64,000 nt of DNA, from the NCBI GenBank assembly GCA_028534125.1, contig CM052841.1, positions 67,642,001 to 67,706,000 on the forward strand, in the 5' to 3' direction. The notes below the pieces were generated by a model. That model did no database searches. It was not told where the DNA came from and saw only the letters and a program-made list of their open reading frames with translations. The position numbers were made by a program, and so were the translations under genes. Shown here piece by piece: positions 34,073-46,375 of this stretch (position 1 is its first letter; every line of letters begins with the position of its first letter). Origin of the DNA: Lama glama. Lineage: Eukaryota.

Positions 34073-36473
34073 TGCCCCTGTGGTGTCCACCTGCTTCCTG
34101 GGCGGCATCTTCTCAAGTCCCGTCTGATCTTAAGACGAGTTTAAATTCACCTTTTTAATAAACAGGAGGACGTGACACCTTGGAGGGGAAAGGGGTCCCT
34201 GGAAGTGTTTGCTGGTGTTGAGGGCGTCCACTAAGGGTGGACTCGTCCTGTCTGCCGGTCACGGGGAGGCACCTGCTCTTTTGTGGGTGACCCTTCGATG
34301 AAGGACTTGGCCGGCGTCTGCCCACAGCCAGCCCCCAGCCAGGAGAGAGCAGGTGCTCGGCGGTTATGGCCTCAGGAAGGGGCAACGGGGCAAGTCCCTA
34401 CCCCAAGCCTCTCCCGTGACCAGGGTCTTGCCCCCAAGGACTTGCTGGAGAGACTTAACTGGGACTCAGCGCAGGAAACAGACCCGGAGGCGTCCATGCT
34501 GACACCCTCCGCGATTTGGGACAGGCTCTCTGAGGGCCAGGGACACTGTTCAGCCGGCTCCGGAGGGCACCGGACCGGTCGTCTTTGCATCACAAATGAA
34601 GAGCCGCTCCCGCCTTCGCGGGCCTGCGCTCCGGGAGCCTCCGCCGCCAGCCTCCGCCCGGGCTGCTCGCTGCCCGTCATCGTACAAAATGCTGCCGGGG
34701 CCTTTCCGCGGCTGCAGGGACAGCTCTGATTCCCTGCCGAGGGCTTGCACCGCGGGGCCCTGACGGGAGCCGCGCCCCGGAGAGGAGTGCGGGCAACGGC
34801 GGTCTGTTGACTGCAGGTAATTAAGTCGCCGCGTGGCTGTGGAGCACAAATTATATGATGATTAATCCCCAGCACAGCGAGGGCATTTTTCATCTTCAAA
34901 GCGCTCCTTTCTTGCTCATTATTCATCTCAGCTCCAGGGAGAGAAGTGCTGGTTCTCTTCTCAGCAGCAGGGAAGCCGAGTCAGCCGTGCCCACCCCGCC
35001 CGCCGCCTCGGCACCCAGGGCAGGCAGCCCCAACGGCCAGCTCGGGCGGCCACGGAGCTCCGCGTGCGTCTCCAGCCTCGCCAGGACACGGATGCCGGAG
35101 TCAGCACAGACGTGACTTTAAATAACAAGAAAGCCGCCCGGCCCCCGGCCCGCCCTGCCGTGACAGCCGGTGCCTTTGCGACGTCTTTGTTCTTATTTTC
35201 GTCTTGCACCTGCCTCTCCGGCGCGCAGCCTCCCCGGAAGGCCGCCGGCCTTGCCGTTCTCGGAGCGAGCAGTTTAAAGGGAGGTGCTGTTTCGCTCTCC
35301 AGTGCCTTCCTTTCCACTTGGGACCAACTGCTCTAAGTACAGCCACGCCCTCTCTTGTATCCACATTGTTGTGAGTGTTTGAGGCTGTAAATAACGTTCC
35401 CTCGGTGCTCAGGACAGAATCATTATTTCCCCCCAGTTCCTGGGACGGGTGATAAATTAAACGTTTGTTCTGCTCCCCACCCCACTCACGGCTGGCAGGG
35501 AAGGCAGGCGACGCGCTGCACCTGTCAGGGAGGGTGAGGGGCTGCACCGAGGCCCGGAGAGGACCCAGGCCTGGCTGGGCTGGGCGCTGGGAGGCGCCCC
35601 CAGCGTGCGGTGGGGGGCGCCGTCCTGACTCAGGGCTCCTCCTGGCTTCTTCCTCCGCACGATCTTCCAAGTGTAGGCGCTTATCCTGGGGGCTCAGAGG
35701 TCAGGATGCCCCCGCACTGGTTCTTTTACACGGGGAGGGGCAGGAACCTGAGGCAGATGGCTGATTTCTGGAGCAAGCACTGCCTCTCCGTCTCTTCTCC
35801 ACCTGCCAGCCTCCCACCCCGTCTGCGGGGGTCAGACCCGCACAGCCCTCAGGCAGCCTCGCCCAGAACCTGAGACTCGGTGTTTCTCCCGGGGTGCTGG
35901 CATGACTCCGGCAGGGGGGAGCAGTCCTTCCTGGTGGAAGCGGAGGCCGTGGGCAGACAGGGCCCATGGAGGCGGCCTGACCATTTCCCGGGAACAGGAG
36001 CCGCGGTTCCGCGGCCACAACTGGGCCAGCAGGAGGGGCCCGTGGGGTCTGACCTCTGCGACAGCTGCAGCGCCAGTGATGGACGTGGCGGGCGCTGGCC
36101 CGTCGCGCCCTGGGCTCCCGTGGGGGCCCCTGTGTGGCAGCCGGTCCTCGGGCCCTTCTTGCCTCGATTTGATTGCCCTCTGCTCTGAGACCCCCTGCCG
36201 CCTTTTTGACGTTAAGATGTCCTTGGTGAAGTAGAGGACAGTGTGGAGACACTGCCTTAGACTCTTCCTTGGGCTTTGGTCTGCGTCCGCTCAGCAGCAG
36301 TGGACGTGCTGGGTGCTGACGGGTCGGGACCGAAGCCGGCTTCCTCCCTGCCCTCACCTGCCCGTCGCTCCGGGTGCCACGGCTGGGGAGCTCGGCTCGG
36401 CGGCACCGGCCCCGCGCGCCCCGCCGTGCTTCTCTGCTGGCCCTGCACCCTCCTCCAAGGGATGTCAGGCGCC

Positions 36474-36660
36474 GCACACACAGGCACACACTTGCGGGAG
36501 CACACACGCATGCTCACCCCTCGCTCAGACACAGACACACGTGCTGACAGACTCGTTCCCGTGCACACCGTTCGCAGACACGCACGCACTCCCGCACATG
36601 TGTGTGCGCTCACACACGCTCACAGCCCTCTGACGCACACACAGGACACACACCCACACG
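36474..36660 (+). repeat. Degenerate (CA)n-rich tract
   Basis: Seen directly. Confidence 0.85.
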
Positions 36661-39600
36661 CCCCGCCCGCTGCCGGGGTCTCTCCCCTCCCGGACCCCCA
36701 CACCAGCTGGACGTCTTCTTCAGGCAGGCGGCGGGCAGAGCCAGGGAGAACCTGGGGTTCCCTCCCGGGCGCAGCCTCATGCCCACGTGCCCGGGGCAGC
36801 TGAGAGGCCCGAGCCTGGTGGGGACACGGGCTCCGTGCTCCCTGGGGGGCGGGCGCCCGGGCGGGTCGGTGCAGAGCCTCCGCCCGCGCTCGGCACAGGC
36901 TTGGCTATCTGTCTCCCCGGGCACGGGGACGGGCAGGCTGTGTCCCCTGTGCTGATGACCGCCCACGCGCCTGCGGCCTTCAGAATGGCCCGCCCTGTCC
37001 GGCACCCGCCTCAGCAGCCCGGGAGGCAGGCCACGGGTCACAGGCTGACAGCTGAGCAGCGTGAGCTCTGGACCGGGGAAGAGCCAGCGCTCGCAGTACT
37101 GGGCAGCCGCCGGCCTGCACCAGAGTCCCTGCAGATTTCTTCCATTCAGACACCAGAGGCCCCCAGAAGGCCGGCGTCTCGGGGCAGGGGCCGCAGGGCA
37201 GAGGGCTTTGGCTCCCGTGGAACGTGCCAGAAGACTCTTCCTGCTGCACCAGCACCTGCGGCTGACCGGCTTTCTCAGGCAGCTCCTGGAAAAACAGTGC
37301 GTCTGCCCAGCAGGGTGCGGCTCCGGACCCCCTAACCGGGACTCCGGCGCCAGACGAGCCACCCTGGCTGGCCTTCGTCCCCACGGCCAGGAGAGCTGCC
37401 CTGCTCTGTCACCCCTGGCTGGGTCTCTTGGTCAGCAGGGGGTACAGGTGACCAACGACTGCGTTTCACAGAGGAGGCTAAGGCATTCATTGGGCCAGGG
37501 ACAGGGGCCACGGAGCCACCGCGTGGCCTCAGGTCAGTCCGCCACCCGTCTGCTGCTGCTGGCCTGAGCCCTTCCCAGGAAGGCGGCCATGGGGGTCACA
37601 TCCCAGCCCCACGGGCTCCCCTGGGAACTTCCTCACCTCTCCAGCCCAGGCCCTCGGCCTCGGGGAGCCCATCGCTGACCGCAGACGGGCAGCGTCTGCC
37701 CACTGGGGCCCGCTCACCCACTGAACCCACTCGGGTCCAGGCACATGGTGGGTCCTGGCCTCGGACTCTTGTAAACATGCCAGGTGCTATTCACTGAGGT
37801 CACATTCCAAGTTAATGGTGGCCAGGTGCATGACAGGGCACCATTCTTGACCAGAGCCCCCTCCCCTGTGAAGGTGGGATGTGGGGACAGACACTGTCGC
37901 ATGTGCAGAGCCTGGAGGGGCACCGTGCCCGGCAGACTGCGAGGCGGTCAGCTCCGAGGCGGGTGGCTTGATCCTGGGGATTTGCTCAAAGCTTTCTCAT
38001 TTGATCAGCCCTGCCTGTTCCATATGGGAAGCTCGGGTGGATGCAGGAAAATCAAAGAATCCCATTAAGAACTAGCCAGAAACAGCCACTGCTGGAGCCC
38101 CCTGACGCCCCCAGTCTCTTCCCGCGCTGCCCTGGGCCGGCCGCCGGCACGTGGCCTGGGTTCTAAGACACAGGGCAGAGCCTCCCCCGGCCACCCTCTG
38201 CTTCTCGGCCGGGCTCTGGGCCCGCACCCTGGCCCAGCACTGCCACAGGTGCCCCTGGCGTGGGCTGACCCTTGCGCCTTCATACAGGCAGAGACCCCAG
38301 CTCACCCTTCGAGCACCTTGTCCAAGGCCGCATCCCACCCACCCGGCTGGGACCAGACCTTCTGCGGAGCCTGGAGGCAGGGCTTCTCAGCCTGGGGCCC
38401 AGCGGTTGGCAGGTGAGCCGTGGGCAACGCTTGGGGAGGAGGCCTCCCCGGAGCCCGGGAGCGCAGAGGGGAGGGAGTGAGGCCAGGCTCCGGCCTCGGC
38501 TGTGGCGCCCAGGGGTGCACCCCGCCAGCCCGGCTCACACGCAGCGGCAGGAGCTGTTGCTGGCTGTGCCCCTGGGATAGAGCCGCGTGCTCAGAGCATC
38601 CTCTGCCTGTGAAAAGGGAGGCAAATGGTGTCACCACAGCTGACGGCACCTCCACGCCACCCTGCCTCCCGCCACCGCTGCCACCAAGGCCGACAGCACG
38701 CCCTGCAGTGACAGGTCCCCCTGCAATCCACCCATGTCCAGCTGTCAGAGGCCCCACAGCACGCCGTGGGGGAAGGCAGCAGGCGCAACACGAAATCTCG
38801 CTTCTCCGACGGCCCCGGAGGAGGCCGGGAGCTCAGGAACCGAAGGCCCTGCTGAGGAGGACGCAGAGCGGCTGGGGAGGCTGGCCTGCGGGGAGCAGCC
38901 GGGCGCCAGGGCGGGGTCTGGGCCACCCCCGTCCACCGTGGTCCCTGGTCAGGAGGAGGCGCCCAGACGTCTGGGCGAGCAGCTGGCAGCTCTCCGAGGC
39001 CGTTTCCCTGCGCGTCCGGAACTGATGGGCACCATCCTCTTTCTCCCTCCTCACCTTCCAGGACTCAGGGCTGGAACGGTGACCGAGGACAAGGAGTGAC
39101 AGGCAGCGGCCACCCCCGGGGCTTTGGGAGCGCTGGGCCAGCTGCCATCTCCCCACCGAGAGGGCTTTCTCTCCCCCTGCTGCCGGTCACTCCAGGGGGA
39201 GTGGCAGCTTCCTTCTCTGACCGATGGACCTCTGCGCTCTGTGCGACCGTTCCGTACGCTGGACAAGGGCTGCCCTCCTTTCTCTCGTTCCCCGTGGCTC
39301 CGGGCTGAGACGCTTGCTGTTGGGAGCTGGGGTCACGGGGCTGCACCCCACAGACGACCAACTGCCCCCCAGCAGCCGGGGTGCGGCCTGGAACCCTCAG
39401 CCCTGGCTCAGCACAGGGACAGGTAGCCCGCAGGTGACCACAGCGCCGTGCTGCCCCTGGGGTCCTGGACCCACCCGTCTCCCCGGACGGACCGTGGGCC
39501 CCTCCCCACCCCGCCCCCTCCTCTCTGCCCCACTCCCTGGGTATCTGAACACACTCATGCTTATCGGTGTGTGCGTTGATCGCTTGCTCATTGCCTCCCC

Positions 39601-39839
39601 GTCCGCAGGAGAATGAGTGTGGAGTCCAGTCCACCCAGTTCCCGGTCCTTGGAAAGCACCGCGTAGACGTTCATGGAAGAAATGAGTGCGCAGGTTGGCA
39701 CTGGAGAGACAGCAGGGCCCAGAGAGGATGCGCCCCAAAGGCGTCCCTGTTGGGGGCGGGGGGGCAGACGTCCGCCAGGAGGGACAGAGCCAGGGCGGCG
39801 GGAAGACACGCACGGAGACAGCCAGGCAGTGCTGTTCGT

Positions 39840-40230
39840 GATGACCCCACCGCGCAGAGCCCCGAGGGTCCGCCCAGAGACCAGATAAACAAACTGCGGG
39901 GCAGCCGTGCAGCGGGAACTCCCCACAAAGGAGGGGCGCCCCGGCAGCGCCGGCGAAGGCCCGGGACGCCCACGGGGCAGAGCGCACCGGCCACGGCACT
40001 CCCCTGCGCTGCCATGCGAGCGGGTCTCAGAACGGGCGCAGCCAACAGTGGTGGCCGCAGGCACACGGAGGCACCGCGGGCGGGGGACCGGAAGGGGCTC
40101 CAGGGGACTTTCTGGGGCGACGGAAGTTTTCTGTAGTTTGGGGCTGGAGTGGTGGTCACCTGGGTATCTACAATTGTCAAGTATTTTTAATTAAAACTGT
40201 GCTTTTGGTGTGTAAATTTTTCTCAAATAA
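39840..40230 (+). mobile_element. Ancient L1MC/ME 3'-end fragment
   Basis: gataaacaaactgcgggg, ggggactttctggggcgacggaagttttctgta...gtggtggtcacctgggtatctacaattgtcaa. Confidence 0.65.
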
Positions 40231-40416
40231 CGGTGAAGGAGCACAGAGCGCACTTGAACATAAACTCCAGCTGCGCTCCGGCTCGCCCGCCGGCAGGACC
40301 CCGGCACGAGGGCGGAGGGGTGCCTGGGTCGACGTGGTCACCCTCACGTTCCACTGGTCACCTCGGATTCCGGCCCTGTAAGTGTGAGTCCTTTCCGGTC
40401 ACCGTCGTTTTCCACG

Positions 40417-42880
40417 CAGCTTTCCTAAGATACCATTCACGTGCCATGAAGTCAACCCACTTCAAGTGCGCGAATTCAGGGTGCTCACCGAGCCGTGCAG
40501 CCGTCAGCACGGTCTAGTTCTGGAGCGTTTTCATCACCCCCAAAGGGACCCTGTGCCCTCAGCCGAACTTCCCCGTCCCTGGGTGCTGGTCCGCTGGCTT
40601 ACTGGCTCTCAGACTTGCCTGTTCTGGACGCTCCACCGTAACAGACTCACGGCACACAAGCGCGTGTGGCCGGCTTCCCCCAGCATCAGGGTCCCTGGCC
40701 CACCACGGTGCAGTGCGTGGCAGTGTCCGTTTCTCCCCCTTACAGAGCAGTATTCCATCAGATGCATTGACCACTTCTGTTTATCCGTCAGTTGATGGAA
40801 TCGGGGCTGATTCCTCGTCTGTCTGCAGTGGGCGCTGCTGCTGCCCTGTCGGCTCACTGAGGACCTCAGCCCCTGCGCTGAACCCGCCGTGTGACTCTCC
40901 AGGCCGGACCATGGCGGATTACAGCAGCCCCGCCTGGGGCTCCCAGGGAAGCCGCCCCCCCCCCGCACCACACCTGGGTGACGGCCGTGCACCGGGCTCT
41001 CTGGGCAGCTGAAGGCAGGGACCCAGGTCCCGGTCACCCTCCTGCCTCGTGTCTGTGTCCCGGGCCCCGTGGCTCAGCCCTGAGTCCCCTCACCTGACAC
41101 CCGGGGAGGCCTCCCCTTCAGGCCTGTCTGTGCAGACTTCCCTGCGGGAGGGCACCCTGCAGGCACGCCCCCCACCTCTGACCCAGCACCGGAGCCCCTT
41201 CCTCCATGGCCAGCCCACTCCCCACCCCAACCCCAGGGTCCGTGACACTGCCGGGCCTTTGGCTGGGGCCCCGCACATCTGCGCCCATCCAGCGGACCCC
41301 CGACGGGGCAGCGGTTCACGGGGCGGTGAGACGGGGATTGGGCGTCTGTCCAGTTTTCTCTGCTTGCTTCCGCCCTCGCGGGCGGCGACGAAGGCTGACC
41401 TCTCCCCCTCCCGTCCTGTCGCTCTCATCCGCTGCCCTGATGCCCTCCCAGCTCAGCCACACTCCCGACACCTGCGCGTTTCGGGGACACCGCCGGGTCA
41501 GGGGCAGCGGGGTCGCACGGCACCACGCCGCGCTGCTCGCCTGTGTCTTCCCAACCGCGAAAGGCGCAGGGCCTCTCCCCGGGCGCTCGGCAGCCGCTTG
41601 TGACCGTTGCTCGGAGAAGTGTCCTCCGCCCTTTAAGAAGTCAGGTCACTTCTCTTCTGCTACGATTGGGAGTCAGAGTCGTTTCTGGCGTCTAGACTCG
41701 AGCCCCTTGTCAGATACACCGCCCGCACATGTTCCCTCCCGTTCTGTGGTTTCTCTTCGCTCTGTGTCTCTGATGCACCAAGTTTTTAATTTGAATAAAG
41801 TCCAACTGATGTATCTTTCCTTTTGTTCCTCGTGCTTTTGACGTCAGAGCAAAGACACTAGTGCCCAGTCTGGGCTCACAGAGATGCCGGCCTGTGTTTC
41901 TTCCAGCAGGTTCACAGACACCGAGGTCTCGGCACGTTTTGAGACGGTTTTAACGTGCAGGTGATTTCTGTGCACGCAGGGGCTGCCCAGTGGCCCCAGC
42001 GCGGCTCGTTGGAGAGACTGTCCTTTCCCACCGCTTTGCCTCCGGACCCTCATGTGACCCCTGTCGACCACCAGCACGAGGGTTCGCTTCCGACGCTCCG
42101 TCCCGTTCTGTTGATCTGAGCGTCTGTCCGTGGCGCCGGAACCACACTGGCTTTGAGGTAGATTCTGAGACCAGGACATGGGAGTCCTGCAACCCGGTGC
42201 TTCTTTATCAAGGTGGTTTGCACTTTTCTGCTTTCCTTGTATTTCCGCATGCATTTTAGCGTCCGGTTGTCTGTTTCCACACAAAAAAGCCAGCTAAGGG
42301 TTTGATGGGGAGCACACCGAGTCTGCAGACAAGCTTGCGGAGCATCGCCGTCTTAGCGTAAGTCTGGCGTCAAGAACACGGGGTGCTTTTCCATTTACTT
42401 GTAACTCCCGTCAGCAGCGTTCCGTGGTCTTCCGTGCACAACCCAGCACTTCTTCTGCGAGAGGCACCCCTAGCTGCCCCACTCCTTAGGTTGCTGTTAG
42501 AAATGGAACTGACTCCTTGTTTTCGCTTCTGGGTTGTTTGTTACAAGCATGTGGAAGTATAATTGATTTTTGCACGTTGATTTTTCCTCCCGCCCCGTGG
42601 CTGAGCTCTCTCTTGGTCAGGAGAGCTCTCGGTGCTGCATCACTGTGGGCTCCTTGTGACTGTCTGTATACAAGGGTCAGGTCATCTGCCAGCAGAGACA
42701 GTTGACTTTTTCCTTTCCTTTCTGGATGCCTTTGATTTCTTTTTCTTACCTAGTTGCTTAGGCTGGAAGCTTCAGTGCGAAGTTTTATAGAAGTGGTGAG
42801 AGTGGACGTCCTTGTCTTAGTCCTCATTTTAGGGAAAAGCATCCAGCCTTTCTGCCTGAAGTATAATGTTCTCTGTGGGC
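40417..42880 (-). mobile_element. Old L1MB-like element (3'UTR at ~40417-40860; ORF2 portion at ~41480-42880)
   Basis: cagctttcctaagataccattcac...ttttcatcaccccaaag; agccccttgtcagatac; gtttttaatttgaataaagtccaact; agaagtggtgagagtggacgtccttgtcttagtcctcattttagggaaaagcatccag. Confidence 0.8.
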
Positions 42881-44639
42881 ACAGTGGTTATTTTTAAATG
42901 GTGCCAAAGCAAAGTCTTCCTTCACTGTGCCCACAGATCCTTCAGCAACGAGTGTCCAGAACCCTTTGTTCTTTCTCTGCTTCCTCATGCTTGCCACCAC
43001 CCTGCTCTGTCCTTACTGCCTCAAGATTTCAAATTAAAGCCACCAGCTGCTTCCTACAGTACTCCTGACCTTTCAGCTAAAGTTGGAACCACAGGACACC
43101 CTGAGCACTTGGTGCCTGAGCCCTCAAGGCAGACTGACTGACTGGGGTTCTCCAGTCCACGAACTGGGGCTCTCCTTGGGGGAATGCTGACAACAGGCAT
43201 TCAGACAGCACCTCCTTCTGGATTCGCAGCTGTCACGGATCCTATAGGAGTGCACCGTTGGGTGGGCGGATGCATAAAGGTGGAGTATGCGTTCTTATTG
43301 CAGGGAAAGTGTAAATCTGGCAGCAACACTGACCCCGGCAGAGTCGTCATTAAATCCATGCAAAGCTCATTTCCTCTGCCTTGATTATCTGTCAAGCCCC
43401 TACCATGTCAGGCGCTGGGGGAACCGGGTGAGGGGGCTGGACAGGAGCCCTGCCCTCTGGCACGTAGGCCTCGTGGGCTCCGAGGCTTGCGCCCGGGGAG
43501 GCCGCGCTCTGCACCGGTCGTCGGGGGGGAGGGGGGCGGGGCTGGCTTCTCCCGGCCGAGTGAGGATGGCCGAGGGCTTGCCATCCGAGGGACCTGCCGT
43601 GTGTCCGTGCCTTAGCGAGCCCTGGACCTCTGACCTCGGGGAAGGCAGCTGGCAGAGTGAGGGAGAAAGGAGCATCATGCTGTGATGTGACCCTGGGCCT
43701 GGGGCTGGAGCGGGGTCATCCCTGGAGCAAGGCTGGTGGGCACCAGGGCTGTGGATCCAAGCTCCAGCCTCTGCCACCTGGAAGTGACCATGTCAGAGGC
43801 AGGTGAGGACTAAACATGGTTCCTTAACCTTAAACACATATTCTTCTCTGTCAATCTGGTCTTAAAACCAGACTCCAGATTCACACCGTCCTATTAATTA
43901 CAGAGTTTCACGTGCAGCCGAGTAACGGAGGTGCACACAGGCTGATAAATCACGAATGGCAATTGATTCTGGATGCAGGGCAAGTGAGGTTTCTTGGTGC
44001 CTATGGCCCATGCAGAAGGCAGGGATGACCGGTGGGTGTGGCACCTGCAGAATGACTCCTCTCCCCGCCCCGGCCGCTCCGAAACCGGCTGTGTGCTGTG
44101 TCCGTGGGCACGGCCCCAAGGCAGTGCCGCGGTCCCCGCCCCTCTGGGTCATCCGGCCGCTGCAGTCCGACAGGACAGCCGTGTCCAGCCAGACGGGGCT
44201 GCCTTGTGCTTCTGTGCCACCCTCACTTGTCCCCACGTGGTCTGTGCCGTGGAAGGAGCTACCGGGATGGAGGCGTGTTTTGAGCCAGGGACACCAGAAC
44301 AACTGTGCTTGGAACATCCAAGCGTCTGCTGGGCAGGAAGCTGGGAGGTGGCGGGGGCAGCCCAGGAGGGCCCGATGGGGGGTGTCGCCCACACTGTGGG
44401 CCCCATGAAGGAAGACCCCCCGCCCCAGCCTGTGTCCCACATCCCCCAACTCAGACATCCTCCGCCCGTCTCCCCTTCACTGTGTCAACAGCAGGGAGAA
44501 ATGTTTTCTGAGATCCTTTTCTCCTAAAGTCTCAAAAAATCAACATGAACGACGAAAATCCACCGGGTTCCCTAGAGGTGCCATTTCTCTGGCATTGGAT
44601 TCAATTTTAAAATGTGGCTGCAGTCAGCTTTTGTATCTT

Positions 44640-44775
44640 TCTGTGTGTCTGTGTCCCTGCACGTGTGCACTTCTGTCTGGCGGTGTGTCTGTGTGTGTGC
44701 GTGTGTGCGAGCATGCGTGTGCCAGCGTGTGTGTGTATGAGCTTGTGTGTGTGCCTACACGCATGTGTACACAAG
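44640..44775 (+). repeat. Degenerate (TG)n-rich tract
   Basis: Seen directly. Confidence 0.85.
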
Positions 44776-44858
44776 CCCAGCCCGCGCGGTCTTGCTTTGA
44801 TGAGCTGAGGACCGCAGAGCCTCTTCCTCTCCCCTGGTACAGGGGGCTTAATCTGCAC

Positions 44859-45230
44859 GTTCTAAAGGGCAGAGCCAATTTCTACGAATTTCACGTGGTG
44901 TCCTTGTGCGAGCCTTTCAGCGCAAAGCCTGGCTGGCCTCAGACATTGTCCCATTATCCGGGGACGGCTGAACACCACAGAGAGCTCCTTTCTTTTCCTG
45001 TGGGCCCGGGGGCCTAGGGCTTCACTGCTACAGGGGCGAGGTCTGTATGAGGCTTTGATCAGAAAGGCAGAGCCATCGGAGATGTATTTAAAGGATTTAT
45101 TATAGGAATTTGCCCCGACGCAATTGTGGGAGGCCTTTAGTTCGTGTGTTCTAAAGGGCAGAGCCAATTTCTATGAATTTCATGGGGTGTCCTTGCGTGA
45201 TTCTTTCAGTGGAAAGCCGGGCTGGCCTCA
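44859..45230 (+). repeat. 83-bp direct duplication (44859-44941 and 45148-45230)
   Basis: Both copies begin gttctaaagggcagagccaatttcta(c/t)gaatttca and end ggctggcctca; offset 289 bp. Confidence 0.92.
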
Positions 45231-45800
45231 TTCTGCGGGAGGCTCTCGTTTCTGTGTCCGCCAGTGGCGCCCGAGTCAGCGGGCAGCCTGTCGGGGAGGG
45301 GAGATGGATGTGGAATGCAAAGTCGGGGAGCAGGGCAATCCTGCTGGGGTGAGTGGAACCTCCAGGGTGGCCAGGCTACTGCTTCTGGCTTCAACGCCAA
45401 GGGTCCTGCGGGAGCGGCTGGGGCCCTTCGCCGGGACTGGAGCACACCCCTGGCCCCGGGGTCGGGGCCTACGGAAGAGCGGGCAGGTGCTGACGCCACC
45501 GCCCAGGCCCGCAAGGTGCACCCGCAGACACGAGGGAGCAAGCGCCTCCTGGTGGCCGCGGCCTTCGGCAGAAGCCCTGCGACCCGGGCGGGACCACCCC
45601 GGGGTCAGGCCAGCCCAGGGCTATGCGGGCCGGGAACCTGGCAGCAGCGCGGCGCAGGCGGCTGAGCAGCAGAAGCCCAGCCCAGTCCACCCCGCCGACC
45701 TGGCGTCGCAGGAAGCGCATTTAAACAGACCCAGAGTCCATGCGCACCCCTAACACGACGCTGCCTCCCTCACGAAGCTGAAGGCACACTAAGCATCTTC
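45044..45800. mobile_element. MLT2-like (ERVL) LTR, degenerate
   Basis: tgtatgaggctttgatcagaaaggcagagccatcggagatgtatttaaaggatttattataggaatt...attgtgggag resembles an MLT2 terminus. The distal boundary is uncertain. Confidence 0.55.
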
Positions 45801-45902
45801 CCAAAGCGGGCTCGGGGGCCCTTCCCCACCTCCGGGTGCTGCTCGCTCCCGCTCCCGCTGAGTCACGCCCCGTGTGTGTCCTGTGACTTGGTGTGCCCCA
45901 GG

Positions 45903-46375
45903 TGTATTAGTCACTAGTGCTGCGTAACTCCTCACCCCGAAACTCAGAGGCGTCACCCGTCCCCCTGAGGACAGGAATCTGGGCGTGGCTTGCCGGGGGC
46001 CCCCGCCCAAGGTCCCACAGCGCTGCCCGCGGGTCCAGCGGGTGCCATGTCTGGCCTGCAGGCCGGACGGGGTTGGTGGGGGTGGTTCCCCACGCTCACC
46101 CGCATGGCTGTCAGCTTGGGTGGTCGGGCCCTTGCCACACGAGCCTCCAGCGGGGCAGCTCCCCACGGCGGAGCAGCGAGGGCCCCACAGCAGCGCGGGG
46201 GCAGGAAGGCAGAAGCCTCTGTCCTTTTGTCAGCAGAACCTTGGGAGCGAGCGCACATCACTTTTGCCAGATCCCACCCACTGGTCAGAAGCGAGTCGGT
46301 AGTGCGGCCTGCATGCAAAGGGAGGGCGTGACACAAGGCCGTGAACACAGAGAGGAGAGGACCGCCCTAGGGGCT
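45903..46375 (-). mobile_element. MLT1 (ERVL-MaLR) LTR
   Basis: tgtattagtcactagtgctgcgtaac..caccccgaaactcag, caggaatctgggcgtggctt, catcacttttgccagat...gtcagaagcgagtc. Confidence 0.7.

Noticed and set aside
28821-44775. Roughly 8-kb spacing of three long CA/TG tracts
   Set aside because: Only three instances, with unequal spacing, mixed orientation and unrelated flanks; consistent with chance.
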